Shown: positions 1-24,566 of the stretch, piece by piece
Layout of the letters: each line of letters opens with the position of its first letter
How positions within the stretch are numbered: the stretch's first letter is position 1
DNA from: Antedon mediterranea
Taxonomy: Eukaryota > Animalia > Echinodermata
Reading direction: 5' to 3'
DNA length: 64,000 nucleotides
Assembly: GCF_964355755.1 (NCBI RefSeq)
Contig: NC_092674.1
Location: forward strand, 2,666,001 to 2,730,000
The notes under the pieces: model-generated
What the model saw: only the letters and a program-made list of their open reading frames with translations
Told to the model about the DNA's origin: nothing
Databases searched by the model: none
Made by a program: the position numbers and the translations under genes

Positions 1-96
1 AGACAGAGCTTTACAACCGTTACTGAAGATTTAATAAAATAAAAATACATAGGCCTATTCGAGGTTCTGTTGTGTAGATGTTACCGTTATACTTAC

Positions 97-10963
<10,867 letters not shown>

Positions 10964-11602
10964 CTTTTCTGTTCCTCCAAACACCCGTATGTGTAAACAT
11001 GTAAATCGAAGTCAACTGAATCGTTGTTTTTATACCCGACACGTTTATCTGCGTATTCATCATCTACGTTTTTTTTTATTGACCAACACCCTTTTCCTTT
11101 TTAATCCGGTAGACAATGTTTCTATTGTTTGAAAATATTCTTAAAATGCTTTATTTTACCCAGGAAGTAAAATTCTTAGAAACTTTACCGCACTTAATCA
11201 CGCCCCTTTATAGAATCGTTTTTTCATAGACACAATGTTTGCCTTTAACATACTATTTCAGAAAAGTGCATATTTCATTGAAAATCAGCAACGTTTTTAG
11301 AATAAAAGAAAAAGATCTTAAAATATACCCGGTGTAATCCATAGAATAACTCGACTGCGATCTCGACAGAAGCGAACTAAATAACTTTCCATTAACAGAA
11401 ATACAAATAAATATAAAATACAATCTTGAATAATTTCAAGAAATAACAATTGCGCAGAACAACAACAATTTTAAAAATAGAGGCAAGTGTTGACGAAAAT
11501 TCACATTCTCTGAATGTACCACGAGGAGCAAGGTCTCCTAAATCTAAAGGAAAACGATTTTTCCACAGGTTACAGAATCTGGAAAAAGTGGCCTGAAAGG
11601 GT

Positions 11603-11940
11603 GAGTGAGTGACCGAGCTGTTAAGACTGGAACCGTAATTACGTAGCCATAACATCGGCAAGGGTTCGAGGCTCATTCGCTCCATGGTTCTGGTGGTAGA
11701 ACAAGTCTTCTCGGATAAGTACTATAAACCGTAGGTCCAGTGTACACATAGCTCATGTGCACTTTAAAGAACCTAGTACATCTTTCGAGACGAGTAGGGG
11801 GTTACCCCGGTGTACTAGTCCACACAAACACAACCACTGTCACACACAACCACTGTGCAATTGAGACCGTTTTAGAGGTATTTACCACCTGTTGGTTCAG
11901 ATCCTTCACTAACAGAGTTAGTAAGAAGTTGAATAAATAA
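11603..11940 (+). mobile_element. tRNA-derived SINE, copy 1
   Basis: A-box-like TGACCGAGCTGTT, B-box GGTTCGAGGC, AATAAA-type tail; homologous to 38821-39165. Confidence 0.7.
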
Positions 11941-12717
11941 ATTTAAAAAAACATCAAATTTGTGACGGGAAATTTGAGAAAAGAAATATCAAATCAATAA
12001 TAACAAATATTAAAGCAAACAAAAAATGTAATTATTATTTTACACCTAGTAATAAAACCATTTTTAAAGACATTTACTCTTCTAAACATAATAACATTAA
12101 ATTCAGAATAAATCATTGAGCACTTAAACCAGTGATTACAAATTTACGTTTGACAAGATTTTAACCAAAAACATCTCTAGTTCGTTTATACCAAGTTGTA
12201 AATTTTAAGTAAATCCATGGACTTATAATCGTAATTTATGCGAGGTTTCATATTACTGTATAGGCCTATTTTAAATACAGTTAGAGTTTTAATCTGATGT
12301 TACTACAGTTGTATTATATTGCTTCCTCCTATCACTATTAAAACATTTACGTGTGAATGACCAGGAAGTAGTTTCGAACTTTGCTTTGTTTCTACAAACC
12401 ATAATGTAACGTTGTACATAATAAATCTGGTAAATCACTTTATAACCAATGTTATCTTTAAGTGTTACAATAACATCAAACATTCTTGTTTGTTCACTGC
12501 TGAGAACAAATACATTTCTGACAGTGACAGGGAGGGGGTGGGGAGGGGGAAGGTAATTCCTGAGTGAAAGAACTTATAACTTTTATCAGCATTTTTTGCG
12601 TCAACCATTTTCAACTTGTTGGCAACACAATTGAATTACTTCCGACGAACCCTTTCCTATATCACGTTTAAATATTAATTAATTCTCAATATCTATATCA
12701 ATTCATGCTAGAATATA

Positions 12718-12815
12718 AACAAGGCCATATACATGGCTGCAGTCGCGTGCTCAGTATTTACCGACCAACCGACCGACATAGTGAGCTGTAGAGTCGCGTT
12801 GCACGCGACTAAAAA
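12718..12815 (-). mobile_element. Short internally deleted member of the same HINE family
   Basis: Reverse complement of both termini with a short GTCG repeat between them. Confidence 0.6.
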
Positions 12816-13530
12816 GAAGAAGAAGTTTCTGTCCGAATCCGACGTGATACCATAATAGTTCCGACCGACCGCAAGTAAAATTGTATGTAAAGTTAGAATA
12901 TTATAGGCGTATATGTATATTACACTAAATTTACAAATCCAGTTAAAATGGTAATTTGTTTGGCCTGTCCAACTTGACCAATATGTTGGTGATCCGTCAC
13001 TTTTGTTATGTCATCAGAGTGAGAGCCAAGCTTAAATTTGTTTACGATAAAATATAAAATCGCCAAAATTGACACAAGTTTTAATTGGATCTCAATCAAT
13101 GTCGCGATCGCCATGTTTTTGTTTAATGGAATGAGAAAGGATTCTTTAATGGTGCGAATTGCGCAATGTAGCCTACAATTTCCTCAAATCGATGTGAAGG
13201 TAAAACGAATCGATTTTCAACCACAGACTGCGCTAATGAACCAGGAAATGACATTAAAAAAGATGTTGGCACTGTAGGCTTACTTTATGGAATCGTTCCT
13301 TGGAACACCATGGCATAAACCCCTCATTTGCCATCCGGATTTAATATTGGAATGACAGTAGAGTTTCCTTAGCAACAGATTCACACTGAACCACCAGCTA
13401 ACCATATACCATTTGTAGTTTGTTTCATTTATTTTCCACACATTCAACAAAATAGAACAGATATTTATTTAATAAGAAACGATACTTTTTCCATGGTTGA
13501 AAGTAGTTTTTTTTCAAAATTGTAACTTAC

Positions 13531-13683
13531 CAATTGTAACCGAATCATTCCATGCCTTATTGGTGCCATAAACTGGTGTAACTTCTTCGGTAAATGGAGG
13601 CCCGGATGTAGTGGAAACCACTGGGGGAGTAGTGAATGTATCATCTGTTGCTGCAATGGTAGTCTTGTGAATTGTTGAACGAA
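13531..13683 (-). CDS. Short Thr-rich, HYR-derived stalk exon (copy 2)
   Basis: 153-bp open phase 1-1 exon RSTIHKTTIAATDDTFTTPPVVSTTSGPPFTEEVTPVYGTNKAWNDSVTI; tag/gtaagt sites; paralogue of 18358-18504. Confidence 0.65.
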
Positions 13684-15119
13684 CTACAGTAAATAATTTA
13701 CATTATTATGATTATTATTGCTATTACTCATTGCACAACCTTTAAGTTACAATGTATGAACTTTTATTTTAAATATTATTACCTTGTGAATTATAATTGT
13801 ATCACAAACCTTGGCGTTAAGTAACGGCGTATAGGATTCATCCACCACCCATTTTTCAGTATTTGACAACGTATTATCTTAATTCTAAGGGATCTGATAG
13901 TAACTTCTCCTTCATTACTAAAGCCATTTTAAGGTTCATTATTTAGGTTGACTGTCCAGCCTGCACGGCAAACACTTATAATAATAAAACCTAAAAAACC
14001 TAATAATGATGATCTAAAAATCTTATGCTACCATGTACTACTATCAAATTATATATAAAATCAACACTAGACACAAAAATTTTTATATCATAGGCCATTG
14101 TATAAAATAATTATTGGATCATTTTATACACGTATGATATGCCATTGTATACAATGAACCATTTTGAACACCGTTTGTATTAAATGTTTAAAAAAAGTTG
14201 AGATGATCGACATGTGGAATTTTTATTGTTGCAAATAGACTGTTTTTCATACTTTTTCATACTAACACTAAAAGGTTGATAAAATGATATTCACAGGCCG
14301 ATAGTATAACGTTAATATACTATGATTTACGAGTGTCTGAAAAAAAAACACCATATTATTAAATGCTATGGACATTCACTCTACATAATATTTATACCAA
14401 GATTTAATGATTTAATTTAATTCAATACTTTTTGTTATTACCCTCTACTCCAAAATTGTCAACAAATCTGAAGAAAAGTTTTAAAAAATGCGTAAAAATC
14501 CACCTCGAATAGAATATAAAGAAAGTAAACATTTTAAAGGAAAGTTTATATTGGAGTCTGAGTGCAGGTGCCTGTTAACAAACTGTGGGCCAATAGTTTT
14601 TTTGGTGATGCGATTGGAGTCACATCACTTTTATTTTTTGTTACATCGATAAGAGGAAATTGTACATTGTGAAAAGAATACTTCCTCATTCCCAAAAAAA
14701 ACCCCCCATTGAATTGGATTGAGATGCAATGGTCTTTCCGTTAAAGATTGTTTAATATAAACTAAATTAAATGTAAATATTGGCGATTATGTTTTATCTT
14801 AAGCGGAAAATTTAAGTTTTGTTCTCACTAACCATACAACACAAGACGAAAACGCAAAAACTATCAATTGAACGTAAAGCGAATCGATTTTTAACCACAA
14901 ACTGCGCCAAAGAACAAGGAAATTACGTTTGATCCGGAATTGAATCGTTCCACAGGGAACCACTCACTTTGCCTTCCATATTTAAATTTCTTTAGTTACC
15001 AGAAAAAATAATGGAACTTACCAGTTATAAACTTTGTTTTAAAAAATACATTACCGTTTGAACTACCACCAACTTGTGTGTTTAAGAAACGGGTTATATG
15101 GATATTTTAATCAAAACCG

Positions 15120-15280
15120 CGTACGGTACCTAAAATGGCAAGTACCCGTACATAATATGGTAAGTACCGTACATAATATGGCAAGTACCGTACCTAATAT
15201 GGCAAGTGCCGTACCTAAAATGGCAAGTACCCGTACCTATGGCAAGTACCGTACCTAATATGGCAACTCTTACCTAATAT
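15120..15280. repeat. ~21-bp minisatellite
   Basis: GTACCGTACCTAATATGGCAA, about 7 copies. Confidence 0.85.
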
Positions 15281-15594
15281 GTAAATTCTTACTATGACTA
15301 GTTCTTACCTAAATGTAAATATTATCTGATGACGAATTTATATTACGTAATACCGATACCAACTTAAGTTTGTACCGATTTAGTTAATTTAGATTGTGAC
15401 GCTAATAACATGAATTCGCACTCAACTACTATGGGCGCTGGATGAAAAATAGGGCGTTGAAGGCCAATCTTATCCATATATGGCGGTCGATCCTGATCTT
15501 ACTTTTTTTTTTTTTCTCTTTTGTGGTTTACTTACACTTTTATTCATCCATCGTTTGATTGTTCATACATAATAATTTTATTCTTATATCTTAC

Positions 15595-16094
15595 CTTGTA
15601 AACTACGAACTTCAGCATTGATTGCGAATTCAACATTCTCTTTAGTGTCAAAAACAACTGTTTTCCCAACTGTAATATTGATATTCGAATTCCGAATGAA
15701 TCTGATATAAGAAGTAGTATTTGTAGTTAATTCTAATCCGTATTTATCATTAAAATACCATCCAATGAAATCTCCAGGCTCCACAGTAATGCGTTTAGTT
15801 TCATTTACTATAAAAACTTTTGTGTCGTCACCAACTGACGTGTCATTGGAGTATTTACCATGAGCTGGTATTTCGTTGATACCCACAATTGTAAACTGTT
15901 CTGATTTTGAACTTAGCTGCCTCCATACTATACTATAGCTTGAAATGGTTGAGTGCGTTGTAATTTGTATGTCCAACTATAGACTTGACCACTACAAGAG
16001 AATTTCTTGTTCGGTGATACATCTAAATAACCTCCCGTGTTATATGTGTTTGTATTTAGGCTTACTAGCGGACCAGTACTGCATTTTTTTTAAA
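15595..16094 (-). pseudogene. Disabled paralogue of the unrecognised-domain exon
   Basis: Aligns to 10158-10643 and has the same CAAG/gtaag donor. Carries an in-frame TAA just after the acceptor and a 5-bp duplication (TACTA TACTA, 15926-15935) that shifts the frame. Confidence 0.8.
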
Positions 16095-18357
16095 CTATGA
16101 AAAATAAACGATGTTGGTAAAAAATGTTATCAGATGACTAAATATAGGTAATATAACTTGAATTTTACGTTTCTAGTATTTTTATTCAACTTCAGAGTTT
16201 TATTTTCATGCTATAGCAAAAATAATCCACCGTATATCCATCATCTTTTTTCACCTTCTAGAGAGTCACTAGACATGTTATTACATTAGGTAAAGCTACC
16301 TAACTAATGAAAAAAAGTCTTCTTGATTTCATAGCAGAATTTTGCCAAATTTTGTATTTGACCATTTTAAAGGAAATTCATGTTTTTTCGCCTTGATTTC
16401 TAACATTTGGTTTTTATTATTTATGATTTTTTAATGCACCTACTGTTAGTGTTAATTATGTCAACAAACGACCAAACAATCCACGCCTAGGCCTAGGCCT
16501 AGCCTAATACTAACAGGCCTAGGCCCTAGGCCTACTAGCTAGGCTTCAAGACAACAATACAAAACTTCGACAGGCAACTGTAACACTGGAACTCATTAGT
16601 CTAATTATGTTTTTCCAACGATTCCATGTCTTGCAGGGATGTTCCGATTAATTATTCAAAATCCTAAAAACGATCTAAAGTTAATTTAAATGCCTTTTTG
16701 ATCTAAATTAGTACATAATATCTCTCCAAAAATATACTTCCCTCGCTAAACCAGTCCTAACAATAACATTGGCGGCGAAAGTACAAAATAGCTGGCGCTG
16801 TTGTATTTCAAAAGCAATAGAATAAAAAACATATTTTTCAAACGCGAACAGATTTTGTGTACACGCAAAAAGTATTATTAAACCATCGTTTAATAGTGCG
16901 TACTATTGCACGCCATGTGACCCACAATCGTCCAATGAAATGACAGGAATTTATTTAGGTGTTGTATAATACAATATAAATGCCTTTCATAGTGGGCACG
17001 TGGAATGAGACACAAATGAAGCTTTAAAGGATAACTTTACCGAGAACCATATTTTGACGACGTATTAGGAATGTAAATAAGATTTCAGAACAATCGCGAG
17101 ATTTAAGATATCGCCGCACTCGTTACAGCCGTCGCCGTAAATTGCTGTGACAAGTGCATGGCAAAATTTACCCCATGAGTTTTCACTGTTGTTAACATAC
17201 AAGTAACTTGCTAATTTGAGTTGTATTAGGCTTAAATTTGCCAAAATGATTAGTCTGGTACTTTGAAGAAACACTTCATTATCCAGATAGGCAAAAGAAA
17301 GAATTCAACATTTATATTTTTTACGATTTATTTAAAAAGTGTGTTTACTAGAAATGTTCGCGCTTTGCCAGACTTTTCTATTGAACAGAAACACTCCTAG
17401 TCAAGGGCTCGACAGCAGCCCTGCTCAACGTTTATTTCTGAGAAGATAAACATCTATTCTACCTACTGTAAAATCACTACTGTTAGCACAACATACCGGC
17501 CATGATGACGATGCCAAACTCGCACGTAACTAGAAACGTCTAAGCACAATATTTTGACAAACATCCAGAACAAGATATGGGAAAAGGCAGCAGCCTCAAA
17601 AGACAAGATTTGAAGATTACGTTCGCTATAGTTGTGATCGCGTTCTTGAGCAAAATAAACTCCGATGATGGTTACTTGTTTTTAACATTGTAATAATTTA
17701 AGGTTGATTGACCATTCAGTTTTGTTATTACAATTGTTAAATTGTTAGTGTTTTTTTGTAACTTTAATAGTGTGTAAGATTTTAACTAAAAAACATATAA
17801 TAGAAAGGATTATTGTAACATTATACTATAATACATTTGGCACCTTTGGTCCTTCATAGTGGACACATGGATTATGCACATGTGAAGATTTGTGAAATAA
17901 AGATTTATTCCAGTTTTTCAGTTTTTTTTTCTTATTTGTGACATAACTACACAGGAACCAAGCTTAAATTTGCCACTTGTGCGATAAAACATAGTCGAGC
18001 AAAAAGTGTTAAACAGTCCGACCAGAAGAACATTGCAGCTCAATCTATGTTTCAATCGCTATGTTTTTGTTCAAAAGAATGAGGAAGGATTCTTTTCACA
18101 ATGTACAATTTCCTCTTATCGATGTAATTATCAATTGAAACGTAAAGCGAATCGATTTTTAACCACAAACTGCACCAAAGAACAAGGAAATTACGTTAAA
18201 AACATTTTGATCCGGAATTGAATTTTTCCAGGGAACTCATTTTGCCTTCTTCCAGTTTTAAATTGGAATGACAGCAGAGTTTCCTTAGCACCCCCTAAAA
18301 TTATGGTAGTTATTGTAACCATCTCTGTCCACCAATGGTTAAAAAAAAGGAACTTAC

Positions 18358-19859
18358 TAGTTGTAACCGAATCATTCCATGGCTCATTGGTGACATAAAC
18401 TGGTGTAACTTCTTCGGTAAATTTAGGCCCGGATATAGTGGAAACCACTGGTGGAGTATTGAATGTAGCATCTGTTGCTATGGTAACAGTCTTGCTTGAC
18501 GGAACTACAACAGTAACAAATTTACATTATATTTTTAATAATGTTTTACTCGTAAACTACGACTTTTATCCAATTTAACTGTTTACTTATAACTTTGTTT
18601 AAAAAAAAAATATTATTGTATTAGTACATCACAGCCACTGATCATAACTGGGCCCTCTGGGAGATCAGTCTTTGACTGAAGAGGTCGCCCAGTATAAATA
18701 AAATATTCAATTCAAGCTAGCAATTATATTCCCTTCATAAATTGTTAGCGATGTAAAGAGGATATCATGGAGATACCGAATAAATCTTAACTTACCGATT
18801 GTAACAGTAAAATTACAGGACGCGTTGTTTTTAGCATAATCCCAAGCAGAACACAGAACAGTTGTTACTCCTTCGCTAAAATTAGACCCGGATTGAGGAG
18901 AACATTCCACTGATGGAGAAGTGTCTACGTCATCAGTTGATATGACGTCATAGTATATCGTTGAAGATGAATTCAGTTGATTTGACGGACAAGTAATATT
19001 AGGAACTTTTGTATCTAGCAAATAATAATTACATGTATTATTATTATTTATTTCGGTGAGGTAATCTTACCAGACCCAGATGTGGACGTTTAAATATTTT
19101 CTACAAACTATAAGTCATTTTTAAAATATAGTATTGAACGCACGACGGCAACTTCTGCCGTAGATGGCATGATCATAATTATTTCTTGGATTGCACGTAT
19201 AAAGTTTGTTTCAATTCTCTATAAACTTCTGAATGAACAGGCTTATTTTGTAAAAATACGTACCAACAATCAAATGAAAACGACAAATATCTAAATACTG
19301 AAATCCTTGCCATGCGTTGCATATTACAACGTGAGTGCCGTCAGCAACGTTCTGCCCGATTTCTGGGACACAGGCTATAGTATATCTATCTGGATCAGTG
19401 GTATAAACCTTATCACCATAGTCTACGACCGATGATGACGATGTCAAATTAGTTGGACAGTTTAATATTGCAGCACCGAAGATACCTATAAATACATTAA
19501 ATTGAAATCAGTTGGGCCTAGAGGAAAAATGGCAAAAGGCTTCTATTTCTACTTTCTAGGAGTTTTATCCGATAATCTATATTACAACACTTGCAACATG
19601 ACAGTATACAGTGCCGATTTTGCCATTTTTCGTCTAACTGTAATAGTGATTCAAAAGGATGTGGAGACCATCGAAGTAGTGTATACCACCTCCATAGTGG
19701 ATACTGTATCCGATACTTTAGTTTAGTTTTTAATACATAAAGTACGGTGAATGTGGTGAACTTTAGTTCGTTTACCTTACTCTATTTCCCGTCTAAGCCG
19801 ATTAGTACAAACCAATTTTCCGTTCACATTCCCATATTCAAGTAAAAGTAGCCCTTTCT

Positions 19860-19917
<58 letters not shown>

Positions 19918-20341
19918 TCCTGGATTTATATAGCGCCTAAGGTATGAAACTTCTAAGCGCTGAACATTATTACCCCAGTTATAAAAGGGAAAGGTTTGCC
20001 TCAAAGTTGATAGGCGTTCTCAACACCCCTAATAGCTCTCGGCGTTATTAGTTATTATTTTTCAATATTGGTAAACAATTTGTGTGTTGTATGATTTTTG
20101 TTTTAAAATGATTTTGTTTCTTTCTACGGGATTATTAAATGATTATTTATTACTCCTAATATTATTAAACTGTATTTGAAATCAGTATGAAAACACCTTA
20201 CTTCTGATATTCAGCCTAAAAAAGGAATTAGTTAAAAACTAATATAGAAAGAACTTAGAAGCCAAACAAAATGATCTTACCATGTAATAAAAGAATGACT
20301 ACAATGAAGGTAGTGTGCAGCAGGAGGGTTGATATATCCAT
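18358..20341 (-). CDS. Signal peptide + HYR-like + HYR + stalk module (alternative GPCR N-terminus or separate secreted HYR protein)
   Basis: In-frame phase-1 exons 20341-20281 (MDISTLLLHTTFIVVILLLH), 19485-19264 (ILNCP...THVVICNAW...CRFHLIV), 19014-18796 (DTKVPNITCP...CSPQSGSNFSEGVTTVLCSAWDYAKNNASCNFTVTI), 18504-18358. The 3' connection is unresolved. Confidence 0.8.
19860..19915. repeat. (TAA)n microsatellite, tail of a minus-strand retroposon fragment
   Basis: Trinucleotide run followed by TTTATATAGCGCCTAA; related tail at ~27840-27910. Confidence 0.85.
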
Positions 20342-20826
20342 TTTGTGCTGATCACTCCAGTAACTTCATGTGAATACTAACCAGCATTGTTTATAATATA
20401 TGTGTAAGTACATTACTAAGGTATACATTGTGTAAAAGCGAAATATCCGGAAAAACCGGAACCTGGAAAGTTCATCACTCTTCATTGGTAATTTAAGCTT
20501 TTTTTCCCTTCCCTTTTTACGGAAATCCTCCGCTATTAACTATACCTCATATGCGAGTCATTTGTCCAATCACAAGTGACGAATCATGGCCAAATTACTT
20601 TGCTACGTCCTTGCGGTAAATATAAACTTTAGTTTTTAAACAGACTGTTATATGGCAAAATCGGCACTGTGGTCATGTTACAAGAGTTGTCAAAACAATA
20701 TAATAGACTGTATACTACTAGAAAGTAGGAAGCCTTTTTCCATGACTGGCAAACATATAAAGCACTACAGTAGGTCTAAAAGTACAAATAAAACATATTT
20801 GATTTAAAAACAATAGTAATAATAAT

Positions 20827-22706
20827 AACTAGACATGTAACTCGTCACTTTGACGAGTTAGTTATCCGCACGACAAACGCCACGTGCACGCCATATGTTG
20901 GAATATTGCACACAGAAAAAAATTATGGCATTATGACCTGAACTGAAGAATATGATATGTTGTTATTGCTGAATTTCTATTATTTTGATTCATATAATCT
21001 GTATCCATATCACATACAGTGTAGAATAGCTGAAATTACGGAACCCGCTATTTATTGAAATTTTTAACATGTTGACGGTTTTAAAATGAAACGCGCAGGT
21101 AGCAATGTCGGAAGGAAATTATCTCAGCAACAACATATTAACGTGTAGAAGAAATTTGAATACGTAAAATATTGATGCGCGCTCTTTTAAATGTAATGCA
21201 TTGATGACGCAAAAGATGAAAATACGACTTTTTTATTTAACTGGCCATATGATGACGTCACAACAACCGATTGGCAACATTATCAAATGATTTCGTATCT
21301 ACAATCCAATAGCTTCCAGAAAACGTTTTAATCGTGATTATCACATTTTATTCTTACGAGCTATAACAGATTGAAATTTACTGTAAAGATGAAATTAATG
21401 CCACACGTAATTTAAATTTTTAGGCATGATGACGTCATAAAAATTAAAATATTTTTAACTCATGCTAAAGATAGTTGATTGACCTAGACAATATGAAAAT
21501 CGGGGTGAAAATGGAAAACGGATAAGTGGAGATGCGCTCTATTAAATGTGAGGAGTTATAACGAAAGATACAAAAATCCTAAATTTCATATTCGCGTGGC
21601 CATACGATGACGTCACAATGTCCGGTTAGCCATATTAATGCATGATCTGATATCTACAATTCATCAACTTCCAGAATATGTAATAAAAATAATTTTTACC
21701 GTTTAGTTTAGAAACTACGATTGTTTAAAAAAAGGCTTAATTTTGACGAATTTTTGAAGTTTTTCATCAAAGAAGCGTGCAAATTATCATATTCTACGTG
21801 CTCGTATGACGTAATTTGAAGTCGAAATTGTTTAAAAGTTGGTAAAATTACTAGAAAAGGCTGGAAAAACATAAATCACTCGAAAAAATGACGTTTTTAA
21901 TGCTACGTGTGCACCGCGCGCGTAAAAATTTGCGCACGTGTGGGAATTTTTGACATGTTCAAAATGATATGAAACGCGTAGAAAGTTGATTAGAAATTGA
22001 TTTTTCGCATAATAAAATTTAAAACGCGCGTGCGCGCGTAACTTCGTTTAAAACATGCCATTTTTAGTGCACAAAACGTTAGCGCACGATATAAATTAGA
22101 CTTTTGCTAAGTTTCAATTTAAATTGTTATATGGTTTTCGATCTATGTTAAATACGCGAAATTCATAAAAACGCGCGTAAGTCATGTTGCGCAACTCTGA
22201 TGTCATTCAAAAATAGGAAAGCACAACTTCACGTGATTGCCCATATGTTGACAAAGTTATAAAATGTTAACTTTAACGCGTAGAAAGTTGATTAGAAATT
22301 GATTTTTCGCATTATGAAAATTTTAAACGCGCGTGCGTGCGTAACTTCGTGTGAAACATGCCATTTTTAGTGCACAAAACGTTAACGCACGATATAAATT
22401 AGACTTTTGCTAATTTTCAATTTAAATTGTTATATGGTTTTCGATCTATGTTGAATACGCGAAATTCATAAAAACGCGCGTAAGTCATGTTGCGCAACTC
22501 TGACGTCATTCAAAAATAGGAAAGCACAACTTCACGTGATTGCCCATATGTTGACAAAGTTATAAAATGTTAACTTTACACGTTTTAGAGATACGCTCTG
22601 CACAAAAATGACAGAAAGAAAGAAGAATAATACAGAAAAAAAAAAAAAAAAAGATGATGAAACAGGACAGTTACAAGGAGTTATCCGCTGAGTGCGGATA
22701 ACTAAT
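20827..22706 (-). mobile_element. Second Helentron-type non-autonomous element with internal ~300-bp tandem duplication
   Basis: Subterminal AGTTATCCGCA/TGCGGATAACT repeats, 3' hairpin CTCGTCA-AAG-TGACGAG then CTAGT on minus strand; ~21975-22277 repeated at ~22277-22577. Confidence 0.65.
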
Positions 22707-22834
22707 AATGATTAGGCCTACATTGAATTGAGGAATAATAAGTTGTACCATCTGGATATTTTTCACTCCTTTTTTTAAAACATTGTAAATATTATTTGTT
22801 TTTGTATTGTGATTTTAAAGTTTTTTAATGTCTT

Positions 22835-23282
22835 TGTAATAAATTACCATTCCCTAACATATAGAGTAACATAGTATTTACATGAACATTCTAGAATAAG
22901 ATGTTTTGATTTAAGAAACCATGTATAATTAATAAGAACAATCAAGAACATTCCAGAAGTGCTATTAATGGAAACTGTAATCATGTAATAATGAGAAGTA
23001 TAAAGAATGATCTAGAAGGATAGGAGCATCTTGTATATAAAGGGTTGTAAACTATTGTAAGGTTGTTGGATTAGAGGTTGGATGTTATATTGTAAAGTCA
23101 TTGTGAAGCTGTTGTTTAAAGTGCTTACTGGATTGTTGAAAGTTGAAGTTGATTGAAATTAAAGCTTTGTTTTTGAGTTATTTTACAACTTTGTCGATTT
23201 TGTGTGTATACTTTTATGTCACAAGGGAGTTCCTAAAGTATTTTCAACCGCTCGGAAACATACGTGAGAGGAGTTTGTGACA
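22835..23282 (+). mobile_element. Solo LTR (448 bp)
   Basis: TGT...ACA termini, 5-bp target duplication GTCTT on both sides, TATATAAA (~23034) and downstream ATTAAA. Confidence 0.75.
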
Positions 23283-23811
23283 GTCTTTTTAAGAATTTTC
23301 TAATCTATTGCTCTAAACAACAGGACCATTATGTAACAGGTGCAATGTCTATACCTGATATGTTTTTATCCTCTATAAATATATTTTTAAATAAATAAAT
23401 ATCCAACGATTTGTAAAACTTGCGTTTCGTTTAGAGATAAAAATTGAATATGTTATCTTTAATACGTAAGCTATGTCTAAACTATCAAACCAGTTTGACA
23501 AAAAAGTTCGATGTGTCCATGAACATGATGACGTCATATCACTACCATATTTTGGGCATAATTATTACTACCATTTTGGGCACATCACACTTTTCTTGTC
23601 AACCTGAGTTACGGTAGATAGTGTTAGACAGAGCTTTAGACACGCGTCTTATACGTTCATATTCATCACGTTGAGATAACGAGCATATTTGTTTCTACTA
23701 TTAAAATAAAAAACACAATAAAATATGCCTACAATACGAATGATATAGATATAGTAATATAATGTATAACATAAAGGTTATTGGTGTTTGGTTTGAACAA
23801 CCAAAAAGACA

Positions 23812-24566
23812 TTTTTAGTCGCGTGGAAGCGACTCTATAGTTCACTATATCGGTCGGTCTGTCGGTCTGTCGGTGGTCTGTCGGTCCGGTATCACTATGC
23901 GTTTTATTGCTTTCTGACCTTATCTTGATATCAGTTTAATCTAGCTAGGTCAATTTTTCACAGTATATTCCTTATGGCCAGGAATCAATGTGGTTATGTT
24001 TTCACGGTGCGCAATAAAAAATTACGCGGTCTACGCACGATTTAACGAAATCACGTTTGTAATCATATCTTCACAACCATGAATCACAATTAAATAAAAT
24101 TTGGTACTCATAAATTTCAGGGCATAAATCATCATATGGCAATACAATTACGTGCGTAGCGCATGTAACGCATGCGTACGCGCACTTAAAATTTTCAAAA
24201 TTTATTTTCGATGAAATAAGAGTACGTTGCAGGCAATTTTAAGCGTTTACAAAATTGCCATGAGAACGCATATTTTTGCGCGCGCACTGGGCGTTAAATG
24301 TTATTGCGCACTCTTTTTGCCCGATTTCTGTTTTCTTGACTTACTTTTCAACTCGAAATTACGTTATACGAGCACGTCAAAAGTGACAGGCTACGCACGT
24401 GTAAATTAAAAAAATATAAATGTTTTTAAACATTTCAACATTTTTAAACATGTTCAGTAATTTCGGTCAGTATAGTATGTCGGTCGGTCTGTCTGTCGGT
24501 CTGTCTGTCGGTCCGGTGGTATCACTATGCATTGTAGCACGCGACTTAATGGCTGTTGGCCTTGTT
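23812..24566 (+). mobile_element. Non-autonomous Helentron/DINE-like element, copy 2
   Basis: Collinear with 2883-3676 end to end. Confidence 0.75.

Noticed and set aside
12289-12499. 64-aa minus-strand ORF behind a plausible acceptor
   Set aside because: No recognisable motif and not the frame a phase-1 donor would give (that frame stops after ~11 codons); could be a terminal exon but unsupported.
13810-13975. Exon-like minus-strand segment upstream of stalk exon 2
   Set aside because: No frame stays open between candidate splice sites; possibly a decayed exon, homology not demonstrable by eye.
18670-18700. CTGAAGA as a hammerhead core (also ~39114)
   Set aside because: No stem II/GAAA follows; it is part of the SINE tail.
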